64,000 nucleotides of DNA from Octopus sinensis (taxonomy: Eukaryota), in the NCBI RefSeq assembly GCF_006345805.1, contig NC_043009.1:4464001-4528000 (forward strand). Direction: 5' to 3'. A program made the position numbers and the translations under genes. Each line of letters begins with the position of its first letter. The stretch's first letter is position 1. The notes beneath the pieces were generated by a model. That model was not told where the DNA came from. It saw only the letters and a list, made by a program, of their open reading frames with translations, and did not search any database. Positions 1 through 13,547 of this stretch are shown here, piece by piece.

Positions 1-51
1 ATATTTAAATAACGATATATGCATATAGCAACGGAACAAGTATTTCTTCCT

Positions 52-72
52 TACTCCTACTACTATCAATAT

Positions 73-127
<55 letters not shown>

Positions 128-142
128 ACTGCCGCTGCTGCT
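52..142. repeat. Compound trinucleotide microsatellite (TAC)n-(TGC)n
   Basis: Direct reading of the sequence. Confidence 0.95.
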
Positions 143-1050
143 GCTTCTCTTTCGTTAAACACACATGAATTGTTTACGTTCTCAAGCATTTTATTTATTA
201 AACCCACTGTAGCCACTTCTGGAGCTGTTTACTAGAATCAGTTTTGACAACGCACTGGTCTAAAAATCCTCCATTATTTACCTAAAAGCTGCGAACACCT
301 TTGTCTAAAGCAACGAAAAAATAAAAAAGTAAAAAACAGAAAAGAAAAGAGCGGGAAGAAAGGAGGGAATCATCGGTGGGGCATCATAAAAGATAAATAC
401 AATAGTAAGGATAAAATACAACAAAATACCACAAAAAAAACTTTATAAAAGAAATGAGCTAAAAACTGTAACAACAAAAAAAAAGAGAGAGAGAATAATG
501 AAAAATATTACACGTGCTTTTTTTCACTCAGGTCAAATAATCATCTAATATTTCTGTGTCTGTCTTCATTATTGAATGAAATTCCTCAGAAATATCATCA
601 TCAATTCGTTTAGAGATGAAAGAAGAGGAAGAAGAAAGACTGAAGAAAGAAAAAATATTTCTCTTCCGTACATCTGTTTATTTTATCTGTTCTTTTTACG
701 TCCTCATTTCTAACTATCCTACGCACCCCCACCCCACACATACACACACGGATACACACATACACACACACACACATAAACACACACGCATGCATATACA
801 CACATATGTGTATGTACATATAGGCACAGATATGAGTGTGTACATACACAAGCACACATACAGGCATATTCAAACACACACTATCTCTCTCTCTCTCTCT
901 TTCACTCTCTCCCTCTCTCAATCTCTTTCTGTCACTCTCTCTCTTGTTTTCTTCTTCATCAAAGTGTGATGTATGTATCTATGTGAATATATTGAGTGCA
1001 TTGTGTATTCGTTGAGAGTATATACACATGTCGTACATATATATGTGTGT

Positions 1051-1088
<38 letters not shown>

Positions 1089-1879
1089 ATTTTACGCAGG
1101 CCCTTAATATGTCCTGAGCAGGTTCCAATAAAAACCAGGTGTAATTATATAGGAATTTCTATTACATGAATAACACCCTTCATCTCACGTCGTGCAGAAG
1201 AACAGAAAAAAGAATAACAGACATGCACGATGATGATGATGATGATGATGACAATAATAATAATAATAATAATGACACGAGCGATACTATTACTAATAAT
1301 AATAATTAAGAGCTTGCTGTGGAAGCATATTGGCCACTCATTCGAATTGATTCGTAACACCATTCCTATTGAACACACATCATACGGTACAAGGCTTGCA
1401 ATCCAGAGAAGAAGAAAAAAAAGTGCATATACATCAAACTGATTCTAGACACAGAGAGTGGATTACATGTCAAATATAAGTGTAGACTCATACCCTCACG
1501 CCTGCACAATCCCCACCTCCGGCTCTACACATACGGATCCAGACACACTCACACGAGCATTCATTGTCTGTAACACAGACACATAAACGTCGATTTTTGG
1601 TGCATTTCTCTTGCATTCCACGTTAGCATTCGTAGGTTCTTCTAAGTGTTATTATAGTTATTAACGTTATTTGACAATAATCTTTTAGTGTTCGATATTT
1701 CACTACTATGAAAATATGTAATGGCGGTGTAACGATAAAATGTGCTTAGTACATTCTTCCAGCAGGAATGTCAACAATTCTGATTGAATTGTTCTATGAA
1801 CTCTTCCTGACTTTCCTTGAGATTCCAACCTACTGCACCTCATATAAGTGTGCGCGTTGCATATGAATCTATATATACG

Positions 1880-1911
1880 CATGTATGTATGTATGTATGT
1901 CTCTCTCTTTA

Positions 1912-1951
<40 letters not shown>

Positions 1952-1967
1952 CATACATACGCATACG

Positions 1968-2037
<70 letters not shown>

Positions 2038-2101
2038 TCTGTAAGATTCTACAAGAATGTATATTTTGCACATATATATACATACATATATAATACATAT
2101 A

Positions 2102-2135
<34 letters not shown>

Positions 2136-2136
2136 C

Positions 2137-2178
<42 letters not shown>
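1880..2178. repeat. Compound (TATG)/(CT)/(TA)n microsatellite block
   Basis: Direct reading; source of the YIYI-type ORFs. Confidence 0.95.
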
Positions 2179-2181
<3 letters not shown>

Positions 2182-2574
2182 CTTAATCACGTAAATTGGT
2201 TTTTAGAACGATAATTGGAAACTTGTGGCAGCTCATGTCAAAAGAACAAAAAATAGTGACTGCTTCCGGAAATATTCTTTATTTCTTCCCCCATCATCGG
2301 TGTGTTGTTTCTGTTCAAGTTTCATCCTGATCAACTTATATACACACCTATATATACATGCCTATATGCCTGTCCAAGTAACTGCAAATAGCTGCTACAA
2401 GCAACTTGTAAAATTCTCTGTGTGTGATATGTGACTCATTCCGAAACCTCTTTGTTTAGCTTTATATGTACGCTTTCTAATAAAGTAGCTGGCCTAATAT
2501 AGAACATCTCACGCTATTTCTGTCTGAATAAGAAAAACGCCATGTTGTTTTGCTAACGTGGCCGTTTTACTTAC

Positions 2575-2781
2575 CAGAAATATATGCGCTAAATCTACAT
2601 GAAGTCGTGTTCAATTGTCCCCAGAGTCGAAACGACACTTTGCACATAGTCTAACGATTGTGTGTGTCGAAAATTCATCGATTACATCGAATCCATAACG
2701 TTCGCGGAGACTTTATTTGAAGTCAGGGCATAAATAACTGGAACACAAACCGCGTAACGTATTTTCGACACTCTGACCATT
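2575..2781 (-). other. Candidate spliced exon (207 nt), non-coding or terminal
   Basis: Minus strand: acceptor tcgttttacag and strong donor CTG|gtaagt; CpG-richer than flanks; all three frames contain a stop. Confidence 0.2.
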
Positions 2782-2854
2782 CTGTAAAACGACCATCTTC
2801 ACGCAAGCGTTACATATAATAATGTCGTAAGAGAAAAAGACAATCTAGATAACC

Positions 2855-3050
2855 AAGGCGGGAAGAATGGCCGATCAATGGCCAAAGTGCACTTCGTCCG
2901 TCTTTACGTTCTGAGTTCAAATTCCGCCGAGCTCGAATTTCCTTTTCATTATTTCGGGAATGATAAAATAGGTACCAGGTGAGTACTGTGTCGATCTAAC
3001 TGACCTATCGCTCCTCAGAAATTGCTGGCTTTGTGCCAAAATTTGAAACC
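2855..3050 (+). mobile_element. SINE group B, diverged copy
   Basis: B-box-like gagttcaaattccgccga followed by the shared body and ttgtgccaaaatttgaaac tail seen in other copies. Confidence 0.85.
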
Positions 3051-3528
3051 GGCATAATATAAATATACGCGTGCATGTGTGTATAACAATTCTTTCGCGA
3101 TGCAGAGGTTCTCAACATTGTTGTATATGTTGCTGCTGCTGCTGCTGCTGATGATGATGATGATGAGTGTTGATTGATTTTCAGTAATGCGATAGGTTAT
3201 AAATAAATAAGGAAAATAAAACAGATTAAAATTAAATAAAGAAACAACATGATTAGTATTTAAAAATGTATATGTTACTAATTGGTTAAAATAGTTTAAT
3301 CAGTGGTATACTTTTGGTACTCTATTACTATCACTGTTAATAATTACTGATATATAATTAGCGGTCAAATGCAATTCCACGTTTTTCAAATTTTCGTTCC
3401 ATTTTCATGGCTTACGTTTGTCTCCAAAGTTAACATTTTTAGCGTTCATTACGCTAAATATTTTTCAATTGTGTCTTTGATGCCGTTCTGAAGATAAGGT
3501 TGGTGAAACGGTAACACTAGACCCGGTT

Positions 3529-3940
3529 GGTTGACTTTGCCTTTCATCCTTTCGGGGTCAATAAATTAAGTACCAGCTGCGTACTGAGGTCGATCTCATC
3601 GACTGTTCCCTTCTCCCAAAATTTCGGGCCTTGTGCCTAGATTAGGAAAGACAATTTCTACAATGAATACGGCGAACTGTCAGAGGCGTTAGTCTTTACG
3701 TACTGAGTTCAAATTCCACCGAGGTCGACTTTGCCTTTCACCCTTTCGGGGTCGATAAATTAAGTACAAGTTGCAAGCTGGCAGAGACGTTAGTGTTTAC
3801 GTACTGAGTTCAAATTCCGCCGAGGTCGACTTTGCCTTTCATCCTTTCGGGGTCGATAAATAAAGTACTAATTGCGTACTGGGGTCGATCTAATCGACTG
3901 CTGCCCCACCTCCAAAATTTCGTGGCTAATAGTGGAAAAG
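3529..3940 (+). mobile_element. Three tandem partial SINE group B copies
   Basis: Repeated gactttgcctttcatcctttcggggtcgataaa..aagtac body at about 3533, 3727 and 3828. Confidence 0.9.
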
Positions 3941-4274
3941 AATATAAGGATATTTGTTTAAACATATTTTTAACACCGCAAAATTCCTGTATACACAATG
4001 CTGATTGTTTTTTTTTTTTTTTTTTACTTTTTGTTTTTACCATTGTCACCCCAACTCTGTTACTGTGTAACCACTTTAGTCGTAAATATAGACCTATGTA
4101 AATGGAGTGTGAAAAGTAAATCATAATTATGCTTCCGTTATAGAGATTTGATAAAAATTAGAGTGAAAAACCCAGTGAACTCGTGACCCAAAGACCTAAG
4201 TAATATACTAATAGGCTTTAGAACTTCGATAAAGGAATAACTATGTAACGGTATTTTCTGGAAATCAGAATTAC

Positions 4275-4336
4275 CTGACTTAACAATCATATGTTCATAA
4301 GTAGTCTGGCGTACTTTAATATATAAAAGGTATATT
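4275..4336 (-). other. Candidate exon (62 nt)
   Basis: Branch-like ctaac plus pyrimidine tract to gttag; donor CAG|gtaatt; one open frame (IYLLYIKVRQTTYEHMIVKS). Confidence 0.12.
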
Positions 4337-4403
4337 CTAACATAAATATCAGATGAAACAGAAGGGTTAGCAATATGGAATAAGAAACCATCGCACAGAA
4401 ACA

Positions 4404-4449
<46 letters not shown>

Positions 4450-4498
4450 ATGCATGCATACACGCACATACATTCAGACGCACAGACGTACATACATG

Positions 4499-4530
<32 letters not shown>

Positions 4531-4572
4531 TAAAACACACACACACACATACACACACACACACACACACAC

Positions 4573-4604
<32 letters not shown>

Positions 4605-5479
4605 ATTCACTTTTGTTGCCGTTAATATTGAAAAAGCATATCCTGCCTCTATCAATCGAAAAGTTGAAAGAAGGAAAAAAAAACCGGAATATGAAAAAAA
4701 CCTTTCCGAGAAATTACTTGATAATACTTTATTAATGCAATTCTGCCTTTGGAAAGAAATGATTCTAGAAATCTACATAAGTATCGTATCTGTGACGAAA
4801 AGGTCTTGTGCAATCAGCGGAAATGTGTTTCGTTTCATATCGTTACTGCTGACATAGACTTCTAGCAGCGACACGAATCTACCTAATTGTAATTAGGCAA
4901 CGTGAGATGGCTTGGCTTATCGTTTGAAGTTTAGCAACAATACTGTATCTTCATGCAACCCTACCGTTGGTTTTAGCTGGAGAAACTACACGCATCTGCT
5001 GAGATGCCCCGTGTTACGAATTGTCGCTAATAACACATTTCTGACATCACGTCCATCTCTAACACACTGCTGAACATGAAAGAAGAGCGACCGTTTTGTA
5101 GAATAATTTTTAAAAGAATCAGTCGAGAATATTCGCTGCATTTAGAAAGAAAGGGTTACAGAAATGCGTTGTCCCTATTTTATATATTAACGAAACACCG
5201 TCAATTATATATATATATCATATATCAAATTTCTGACCTCTCACTCGTCTTTTCCCTTTTCTTTTAAAATTTTGCCGTATATGATGTCGAGGAAATATAG
5301 TATCTGATGGCAGTTGTTTAAGTAAAATCTTTACTATATTTGCTATTGACGGCTCTCGTTCAATATTTTCGTGTAGTATTAAATATATCTGCGCAATTCA
5401 ACTGGGGATTTATATCAAAATGACTGACATACACAATAAGTTCTTATTGAAGCTTTTCAGCTTACGATATGCGAGCAGA

Positions 5480-5822
<343 letters not shown>

Positions 5823-5912
5823 ATTTAGAAAGTGGAATGATTAGAAAATACTGTAAGATCAAAGTGAGTTATCTCTAGTATTCTCAATTCACCACTTGAT
5901 AAATTTAGTTAC

Positions 5913-5956
5913 CTAGTTATCGCTGCTGTGTGATAAGAAGAAAGTGTGACTCCGTG
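5913..5956 (-). other. Candidate exon (44 nt)
   Basis: Very strong acceptor cttctttcttttccccttttctctcgttcag; donor TAG|gtaact; phase-0 frame open (HGVTLSSYHTAAIT). Confidence 0.2.
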
Positions 5957-7380
5957 CTGAACGAGAGAAAAGGGGAAAAGAAAGAAGCTGATATAGAAAC
6001 ACACAATAGGGATGAGATATTCGTGCATATTTACATATGAGGGTTCGAAGTCGTTGTGCTATACTTCGGTAGAAATTGAACTCAAATACTTGCGATATGT
6101 GCATCGTACATGGGATGTTTCTGTCGATTGAAAACAAATGTTCGGTTTCTATGTGTGCGTAAGTCTGTGTACTTGTGTATCTAGTTGTATATGTACGTAT
6201 ATTACAACTACGTATATTCCGACTTTTAAAAATTTGCATACATGGACGTCAATGTAACCGCATTGCATACACTTTCATACGTATATAAACGTACAAACAT
6301 GTCTTTCTGTGTGTGTGTGTGTGTGCACGCAAATGAACACAAACACCTACACACACTTGTGTATATATGTATGTATATATATATATATATATATATAAAG
6401 ATATGTGTACGTATGTACACATTTCCACATAAAAGTATGTGCATGAGTGTATGTTGCTTTGATATGCGTATCAATCCTTTAGGCTGTAATAATTTCATAC
6501 TTAAAATATCACGTGACTGGTATTCTTTCCGATATTTTGAAAGCGCGGTGCTTTAAATCTTTCTATTACAGAATTATACTTAACACGCAACAGTATATTT
6601 CTTCTTTCTCGACTCTTCACTTTTTTTTCACTCTTATTTTCTTTGTATGCATACCAAATACTACATCCTGAATACACACACACACACATACACATATATA
6701 TATATATATATAAAGAGATGCTTTCACATGCTGAGAAATTCACTGATACAAACATAGACAATGAGAAATGCAGGCAGATCTACATACGGATAAACATGTT
6801 TATAGAAGTGTTTAAAATGAATTATACTATTAGATGTGTTTAGTGAAATTGCCTAGATTTGTTTTGCTTAATTAAAGTAAATATCGTGATACTGGTGTAT
6901 TAAATTAATCGTAGGAATATGTAAAATTATGCATGCATGTGTATAAGAAAAGACGTTTGGTTAGACAAATATTGTACTAATATTCATATTAATACATAGG
7001 AACAGTCATAATTACAATAGTGTGTATATGCGTATATACATTTATGTGTGTATTTGTACAATGAAGAAAAGTATTTTAATGTAGCTACCAGGATTCTATG
7101 GATGGATACATAAGAGCGAGGGTTTGTAAATTAGGAGCAACAGTAAAAATTAATTACGTAAAACTACATGACAGAAAATAAAGTTATATAGTGATGCATT
7201 TTTAAAGAATATATCTATTCTATAAAATGTTCTGCACGCAAATAGACAATCACGATTAAAGAAAAACTCGTAATAGAAAGCAAAAATAAAATAGGCACAC
7301 AGATAACATTCACTCATCGGAAACAATATTTAAAAACTAGACTGAGGGATTATAAATCTAATAGACAAAAATTGAATTAC

Positions 7381-7446
7381 CTGTGTTAAAATCTTTCTTA
7401 AAATGGCAGTAACATCAGTCAACATTACCGCATCCAGAAGAGGAGA
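7381..7446 (-). other. Candidate exon (66 nt, phase 0-0)
   Basis: Moderate acceptor atcatcgtag; donor CAG|gtaatt; single open frame SPLLDAVMLTDVTAILRKILTQ. Confidence 0.12.
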
Positions 7447-7779
7447 CTACGATGATACAGATAACATATGTATATGAACTGCATAACCCACACCCGAATT
7501 AGACAATTAATGATGGAGGCTTTAATGGAAGCCCAATACAGTACTAACATAAAAACGGATATTATAGAGAACGAATAACCCTCAAGATTAACACGCAAGT
7601 ATATAGGGCTATGGCCTTCTGCATACTTTGATGAGTCTGAAAATCTTGATTGTTTCAAACACACGACAAGGAATCTATATGAAGATATGACTACAGCAAA
7701 ATATTCATGTCAAGAAAAGATAGATCTATAATACAATCTTATTTTCAACAGAGCAAAGTGTGTGTGTGTTTACGGTGAA

Positions 7780-8000
7780 TTGCAACTTGCCTCGAAGCCA
7801 CCCATGCAGAATCCTCTGCAGAACATGTGGAATGAGATTGATGGTATGAGATAATGAAACTGCAAAGACCCGATGCAAGTGGTGCGTACTTGTTATTGGG
7901 GGATTGCGTGGTTCAATGTCTCGAAGACCAATTCCGTCGGGAGTTTAATGGTCTTTGTCAGTCTATCAATGTGTGCAAGGTTCAATTAGGCGGCTCAGAC
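7780..8000 (+). pseudogene. Highly decayed Tc1/mariner transposase C-terminal fragment
   Basis: 7780-7854 translates LQLASKPPMQNPLQNMWNEIDGMR*, resembling the Tc1 WPxxSPDLNPIENxW motif. Confidence 0.4.
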
Positions 8001-8128
8001 TGAACAGGACAAACCCTCTTTCAAAACCTCCCAACGACAGAAAGCCGCTTTAGACGACAATATTTGATCGTAGTAGCATATTCAGAATGGCAAGGTCGGT
8101 GGACTAGCCAAGACTAACCAGAGAAGAT

Positions 8129-8170
<42 letters not shown>

Positions 8171-8173
<3 letters not shown>

Positions 8174-8470
8174 AGGCACAATGGCCCAGTGGATAGGGCA
8201 GCGGATTCGCAGTCGTATGATCGCCGTTTCGATTTCCAGACCGGGCGTTGTGAGAGTTTATTGAGCGGAAACACCTAAAGCTCCACGGGGTGGTGGCGAT
8301 CCCTGCTGTACTCTTTCGCCACAACTTTCTTTCACTCTTTTTTTTCTGTTGGCCTGCTCGCTTAGCTAGCGGGGTGGCGTCATTTGAAGGCTAAAACAAT
8401 GCGAAGCGCATTGTGACCAGTGATGTGTAACAACATCTGATGGTCTGGTCGGTCACGTGATCACGTGATA
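8171..8470 (+). mobile_element. SINE group D (tRNA-like head), tail type 1, inserted in (TA)n
   Basis: A-box-like tggcccagtggatagg, B-box-like gtttcgatttcc; body tactctttcgccacaactttc shared with the 14414 and 42653 copies. Confidence 0.85.
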
Positions 8471-8895
8471 TATTATATATATATATGTGTATATATATAT
8501 ATATATATATAATATGCATATATATATATATTATTGCTTGTGTCTCTATATAGAGGCGGAATATGCTATATATATTTCCACGTATCCTGCTGTTTGTTGT
8601 TTTCAGTTGTTACTATCTATGTCGATGGAGCGTAAGACAAATATTCAAATACGTAGACTACATAAATAAGTATCAGTATATTCCATCGAATTATTGATTT
8701 CTTCCCTTCATTTTAAGATCAGTTGCCAGGAATGTTGTTCATCTCTAAGATGTTTGCGTCTGGATTGCAAATCTTAAAGTTTTAAGAGCAGTGTCTAAAA
8801 GAATTCCTTGACAGACTGTCTGCCAAAAGAAGTATTACCGCAATGCTTTTCAAATCCTTCAATTAGTACACGAACATACAAGATAACAATAATGA

Positions 8896-8897
<2 letters not shown>

Positions 8898-8959
<62 letters not shown>

Positions 8960-8990
8960 GGTGTTGGTGGTGGTGATAGTAGTAGTAGTA
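8898..8990. repeat. (TAG)n-(TGG)n microsatellite
   Basis: Direct reading. Confidence 0.95.
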
Positions 8991-9234
8991 TGAGAGACGA
9001 CAACGATGATGATGATGTGGAAGAAAGTGAGGCTTGAGTACATGTTGTAATGACGGTGGTAATATTAATGGTGGTTTAGGAAAAAGAAGAATAAAATGTG
9101 CATTAATATTGATGTAATTTATTTTCTTCGAAAAATAAAAATAAAACGCTTAAAAAGGATTCATAATAATGTTAATGCCGAAATGATATGTAAAGATCAA
9201 CGCAATGATAACATAAAACGAATTGATTAATTTT

Positions 9235-9536
9235 GGAGACCCCCTTAGGTCATGAATGACCATGGGATTGCACATAGAAAGTTACCCTCCGAGATACAAG
9301 TCCGGGCAAAATTGTTTATGGAAGACTAGCAGTCACCCATGCATACCAGCCTCCACTCTTCATACCACTGATGTTATCCAAGGGAAAGACAAAGGTTGAT
9401 ACAGCTTGGCACCAGTGATGTCGCAACTCATTTCTACAGCTGAGTGAACTGGAGCAACGTGAAATAAAGTGTCTTGCTCAAGAACACAACACGCAGCCAA
9501 GACCGGGAATCTAACCACTGAGCCATGTGCCTTCAC
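9235..9536 (-). mobile_element. SINE group A (tRNA head plus CORE-like domain; probably OR-type octopus SINE), head internally deleted
   Basis: Minus strand: gtgaaggcacatggctcagtggttag head; gtgttcttgagcaagacacttt..ctccagttcactcagctgtagaaatgag CORE-like block; tail shared with 10770, 18076 and 35108. Confidence 0.9.
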
Positions 9537-10101
9537 ATTGATTAATTTAAAGAAAAGAAGAGAAGCATAATGTCTGAGAAGCAAATAAGAAATGAAATCT
9601 GAAGCACAAATAATATGAAACACATAAAAGTACACATAAAAATAAACAGAAATACATAAAAGAAAGAAACCCAAACGTATGGTGCCCCTGCATTACAGTA
9701 GTCGAATGACACAAAGAAAAAGTGATAAATATGGAGCATCCAACAATGTTTTGTTAAAGGAGAAGATGTGGTCAGGTTGTGGTGAAAAGAAACAGGATAT
9801 TCTTGGGTACAATAAATGATGTTTGTGAAAGGACGTTGCTGGATGATGCGATATGCTAGGAACCTACTTAAACCATAGTGGTCATCAGTCGATAGGAATT
9901 TCTAGGAAGTGCAAGCTGTGAAAGCACATATAGATGCATATACATATACATATACATATCACACATATACATATGCATACATATACATATACATATACAT
10001 ATTACACATATACATATGCATACATATACATATACATATACATATCACACATATAAATGCAGTCATTCACATCTATCCATACATGTATAGAATTATACCT
10101 G

Positions 10102-10312
10102 CGAGGAGGTACCCAGAAGTTCCTGGCTCTGGGTAAAAGAAAATACAGAAGGCTCAGTTAATTATGATGTTATTCAATAAATTCACATTTCCAGATTCAC
10201 ACACTTATAGCAGCGGTCCTTCAGTTCTTCTAAGCCCTGTAAAAGAACTCAGAAGGTTGAGCCTCCACCCAGGCCTTTGACGATACTCTGAAAGCCAGGA
10301 ACTTTTCAGCAC
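10102..10312. mobile_element. Mariner-type MITE (non-autonomous DNA transposon)
   Basis: Terminal inverted core aagttcctggct ... agccaggaactt; mariner-like 5' end cgaggaggtaccc; right TIR truncated; no ORF. Confidence 0.6.
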
Positions 10313-10623
10313 ATAAATACATGTGTATATTACATAAATACATGTGTTTATTTGGCCATTGGCTTTTGCAGCAGCTTTGATGTCACATAGGTAACATACT
10401 TGCTTCGCTTTGTATTCAATAAGGGGAAGGCGTTTCTATATCACTTTGCTCGATAGAATACATGACCTGCCATACATGTACTTTTATACAATGGAACAAT
10501 TTCGATCAAGTATTTCGAGTTCTTTGTTCTATCTGGCTTCACAATGTTTCGCATGAAACGTTTTATAAAGTTTGAATGGGACCTTTTAGTAAAAAAAAAG
10601 AGATTTTTGACATTACCCACCAA

Positions 10624-10665
10624 CATCATCATAACCATTATAACCATCATCATCATCATCATCCC

Positions 10666-10717
<52 letters not shown>

Positions 10718-10765
10718 GTCGTCGTCATCATCACTACCACTATCCTCGACTTCATTATTATCATT
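10624..10765. repeat. (CAT)n microsatellite
   Basis: Direct reading; source of poly-His/poly-Ile/poly-Met ORFs. Confidence 0.95.
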
Positions 10766-10769
10766 AGAA

Positions 10770-11118
10770 GTAAGGCGCTGTGGCTAAGTTGTTACAGTGT
10801 CGGACTCACAATCATGAGGTAGTGAGTTCGATTTCCGAACCGGGCTGTGTTTGTTTTGTTTATGAGCAAGACACTTTATTTCACGTTGCTCCAGTTCACT
10901 CAGCTGGTAGAAATGAGTTGTGACGTCACTGGTGCCAAGCTGTATCGGCCCCTTTGCCGTTCTCTTGAATAACATCAGTGATGTGGAGAGGTGGGGGTTT
11001 GTATGCATGGACGACTGCTGGTCTTCCATAAACAACCTTGCCCCCCGGAATTGTGCTTCGTAGAGGAACTTTCTATGTGTAAACCCATCCATGGTCATTC
11101 ATGACCGAAGGGGGTCTT
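10770..11118 (+). mobile_element. SINE group A, full length
   Basis: tRNA-like head (tggctaagttgttac..gagttcgatttcc), CORE-like block, tail ending catggtcattcatgaccgaagggggtct. Confidence 0.9.
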
Positions 11119-11120
11119 TG

Positions 11121-11131
11121 TACTACTACTA

Positions 11132-11181
<50 letters not shown>

Positions 11182-11820
11182 ACTACTACTACTGCTACTG
11201 CTGCTGCTACTACTATACTACTACTACTACACTACTACTACTACTACTACTACTGCTACTACTACTACTACTACAGCATTACAAAGTCTGCCTATTTTTT
11301 CCCGTTGTCCGGTAAACAACCCAGTGTCGCCGCTTTCCTTGCTTATTTTCGATGTAATCGTTTTTTAATGATTATCAGGATCATGTTAATGGTCACCACC
11401 ATGCCATTACATCATCATCACCATCATCATCATGACTATTACTGTCACCATCACTGCCACTACGAACACTGTCGTCGCGTCATCATCATCATCATCATCA
11501 CTGTCATCAAGAAGAGTAGCATCGTATTCAGCTTTCATCACTGTTGCCTCTGTTATAATTTTTATCACCTACATCATCATCATTACCTTCGCTATCACCA
11601 TCATCTTCATCGTCATCCTCATCATCATCACCATCATCTTCATCGTCATCATTAACAACATCATCAACGTAATCATCATCATCATCATCATGATCGACAG
11701 CAGTGATACTCTTTTTCACCGTTAACATCGTTGTCAACATGATTTTCTTTTTGGCTGTTGTAGCTGTCATCGTCGTTATCATCCTCATCATCATCACCAT
11801 CATCATCACCATCTCCTTCA
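11121..11820. repeat. (TAC/TGC)n and degenerate (CAT/CGT/CAC)n trinucleotide field
   Basis: Direct reading. Confidence 0.9.
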
Positions 11821-12252
11821 CTCACCCTGTCGTCTTCTGGGGGGATAGACTTTTTTCGTCAACATCGCCGTCAGCTGTCAGTAAAATTGTTTTTTTTATA
11901 TTCATCCATTTTTTTTTTTTACTTTATTTTAGTTTTGCCATTCCTCTGGTGGTTATTATGTGGTCAGTCTAGACGAAACTCCATCTAGATTGGTTTTCAT
12001 TCACCGTTGATTGGCCTTTATTTCATTTTATTTTGTTATTCATCCAAGGAGAATTAACAGCTTTACTTTTACAGTGGATTTCAATTGAAGTTTTGTGTAT
12101 TTTTGCAATCCTGGACATTTTTTTCACTTTTTCTTTTATCGAAGAGAATTGACCTCTTAACTCATATCTCTTTAAAAAAAAACATGGAAATATTAATGAC
12201 GATTTCTTGTTTTTGTCACATGGAAATCAGGACATTTCAAGAACAGTTTACA

Positions 12253-12284
<32 letters not shown>

Positions 12285-12439
12285 CTGTGTGTGTCGCTGT
12301 GCGTATGTTTGTGTAGGAGGTTACATAAAAAGATAAGGGGAAAGAAATGGAGAGGGAGAGAGATTTGAACAATTGATGATAGACAAGACCATCCATCTAG
12401 GTCTAATCAAAAGCCCCACAGATCAAGGATCAATCTTAC

Positions 12440-12482
12440 CAGCAAGGGTAATGCCTTCGCCCCACTATTTTTTGTATCCATT
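12440..12482 (-). other. Candidate exon (43 nt)
   Basis: Acceptor gttggtcttgtag; donor CTG|gtaaga; frame MDTKNSGAKALPLL open. Confidence 0.13.
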
Positions 12483-12530
12483 CTACAAGACCAACAGCAG
12501 TTGCAACAACAAAAACAATAATAGTAATGA

Positions 12531-12741
12531 TTTCAAATTTCGGCACAAGGCCAGCAGTTTCGAGGAAGGGAGTAAGTCGATTATATTGAGCCCAGCGTTC
12601 AACCGGTACTTATTTTATCTACCTCGAAATGATGAAACGTAAAGTCGACCTCAGTGGAATTTAAACTCAGTACGTGAAGACGGACCTAATGCCACTAAGC
12701 ATTTTGTCCGGCTTGGTAACAATCCTGCTAATTATTCGCCT
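12531..12741 (-). mobile_element. SINE group B, diverged full-length copy
   Basis: Reverse complement of the B consensus seen at 36486 (gtcgacctc..ggaattt aaactcag). Confidence 0.85.
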
Positions 12742-13121
12742 CGAGAACAACAATATTAATAAATAGTACATATAAACGATGACACTAACGCTGGATAGTG
12801 AAGATAATTTTCTATTCAAGAGTGAGTGCGTATATGTCTGTAAATAATGATTCTATAGATTTGTGTCAGGTGCATCTGTGTGTAGGAGTGATATAATCAA
12901 TAAAAAAAATATTCAAACTCGGTTGGAAACATAAAAATGCATTAAAGTAAAGTAACCGCAGGATTTTAACTCAAACATTGAAATGTTGTTTCGTTTCCAA
13001 TCCGTCACACTATTGATATGGTTTAGAATTTTCATTTTTGATTTTGGTTGCAAATATCACCTTATTTTTTATGGGATGTCGTCAAATCGTATTATATCAT
13101 ATCAGCTTCATTAAAAAAAAA

Positions 13122-13123
<2 letters not shown>

Positions 13124-13195
<72 letters not shown>

Positions 13196-13434
13196 GGTGT
13201 TTTTGTTTTATAATTTTTAAGGAAATACAGCTCACTGAACTTCAATTTTCGCTCGTTCGTCTTCTTCGAATTCTACAAATTTGCATCATACCAAGCAACA
13301 ATTTTAACAAAATTTAAAAGGAAGAACAAAAAAAAATAATAGTAATTTTACTATTTATATTTTGAAATGGAAATCCATTATTGGAAAAATTCGCATTTAT
13401 TGCTACCATTTCTTTTATTACCGTCATCATCCAC

Positions 13435-13508
<74 letters not shown>

Positions 13509-13547
13509 GATGATGATGATAATAATGATAATGATGATGATGATGAT
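13124..13547. repeat. (TTA)n and (AAT)n-(GAT)n microsatellites
   Basis: Direct reading (13124-13193 and 13434-13547). Confidence 0.9.

Noticed and set aside
2975-2986. Perfect donor CAG|gtgagt
   Set aside because: Lies within a SINE B body; no upstream acceptor or exon support.
3485-3515. CTGAAGA...GAAACGGTA hammerhead-like string
   Set aside because: No pairable stem II and only about 1 bp of stem I.
7483-7580. Peptide TRIRQLMMEALMEAQYSTNIKTD faintly like a Penelope GIY-YIG C-terminus
   Set aside because: Similarity too weak to support without a profile search.
11101-11655. 184-aa ORF with poly-T/A/Y/H tracts resembling a low-complexity transcription factor
   Set aside because: Begins inside a SINE tail and runs through trinucleotide repeats; no splice or domain support.
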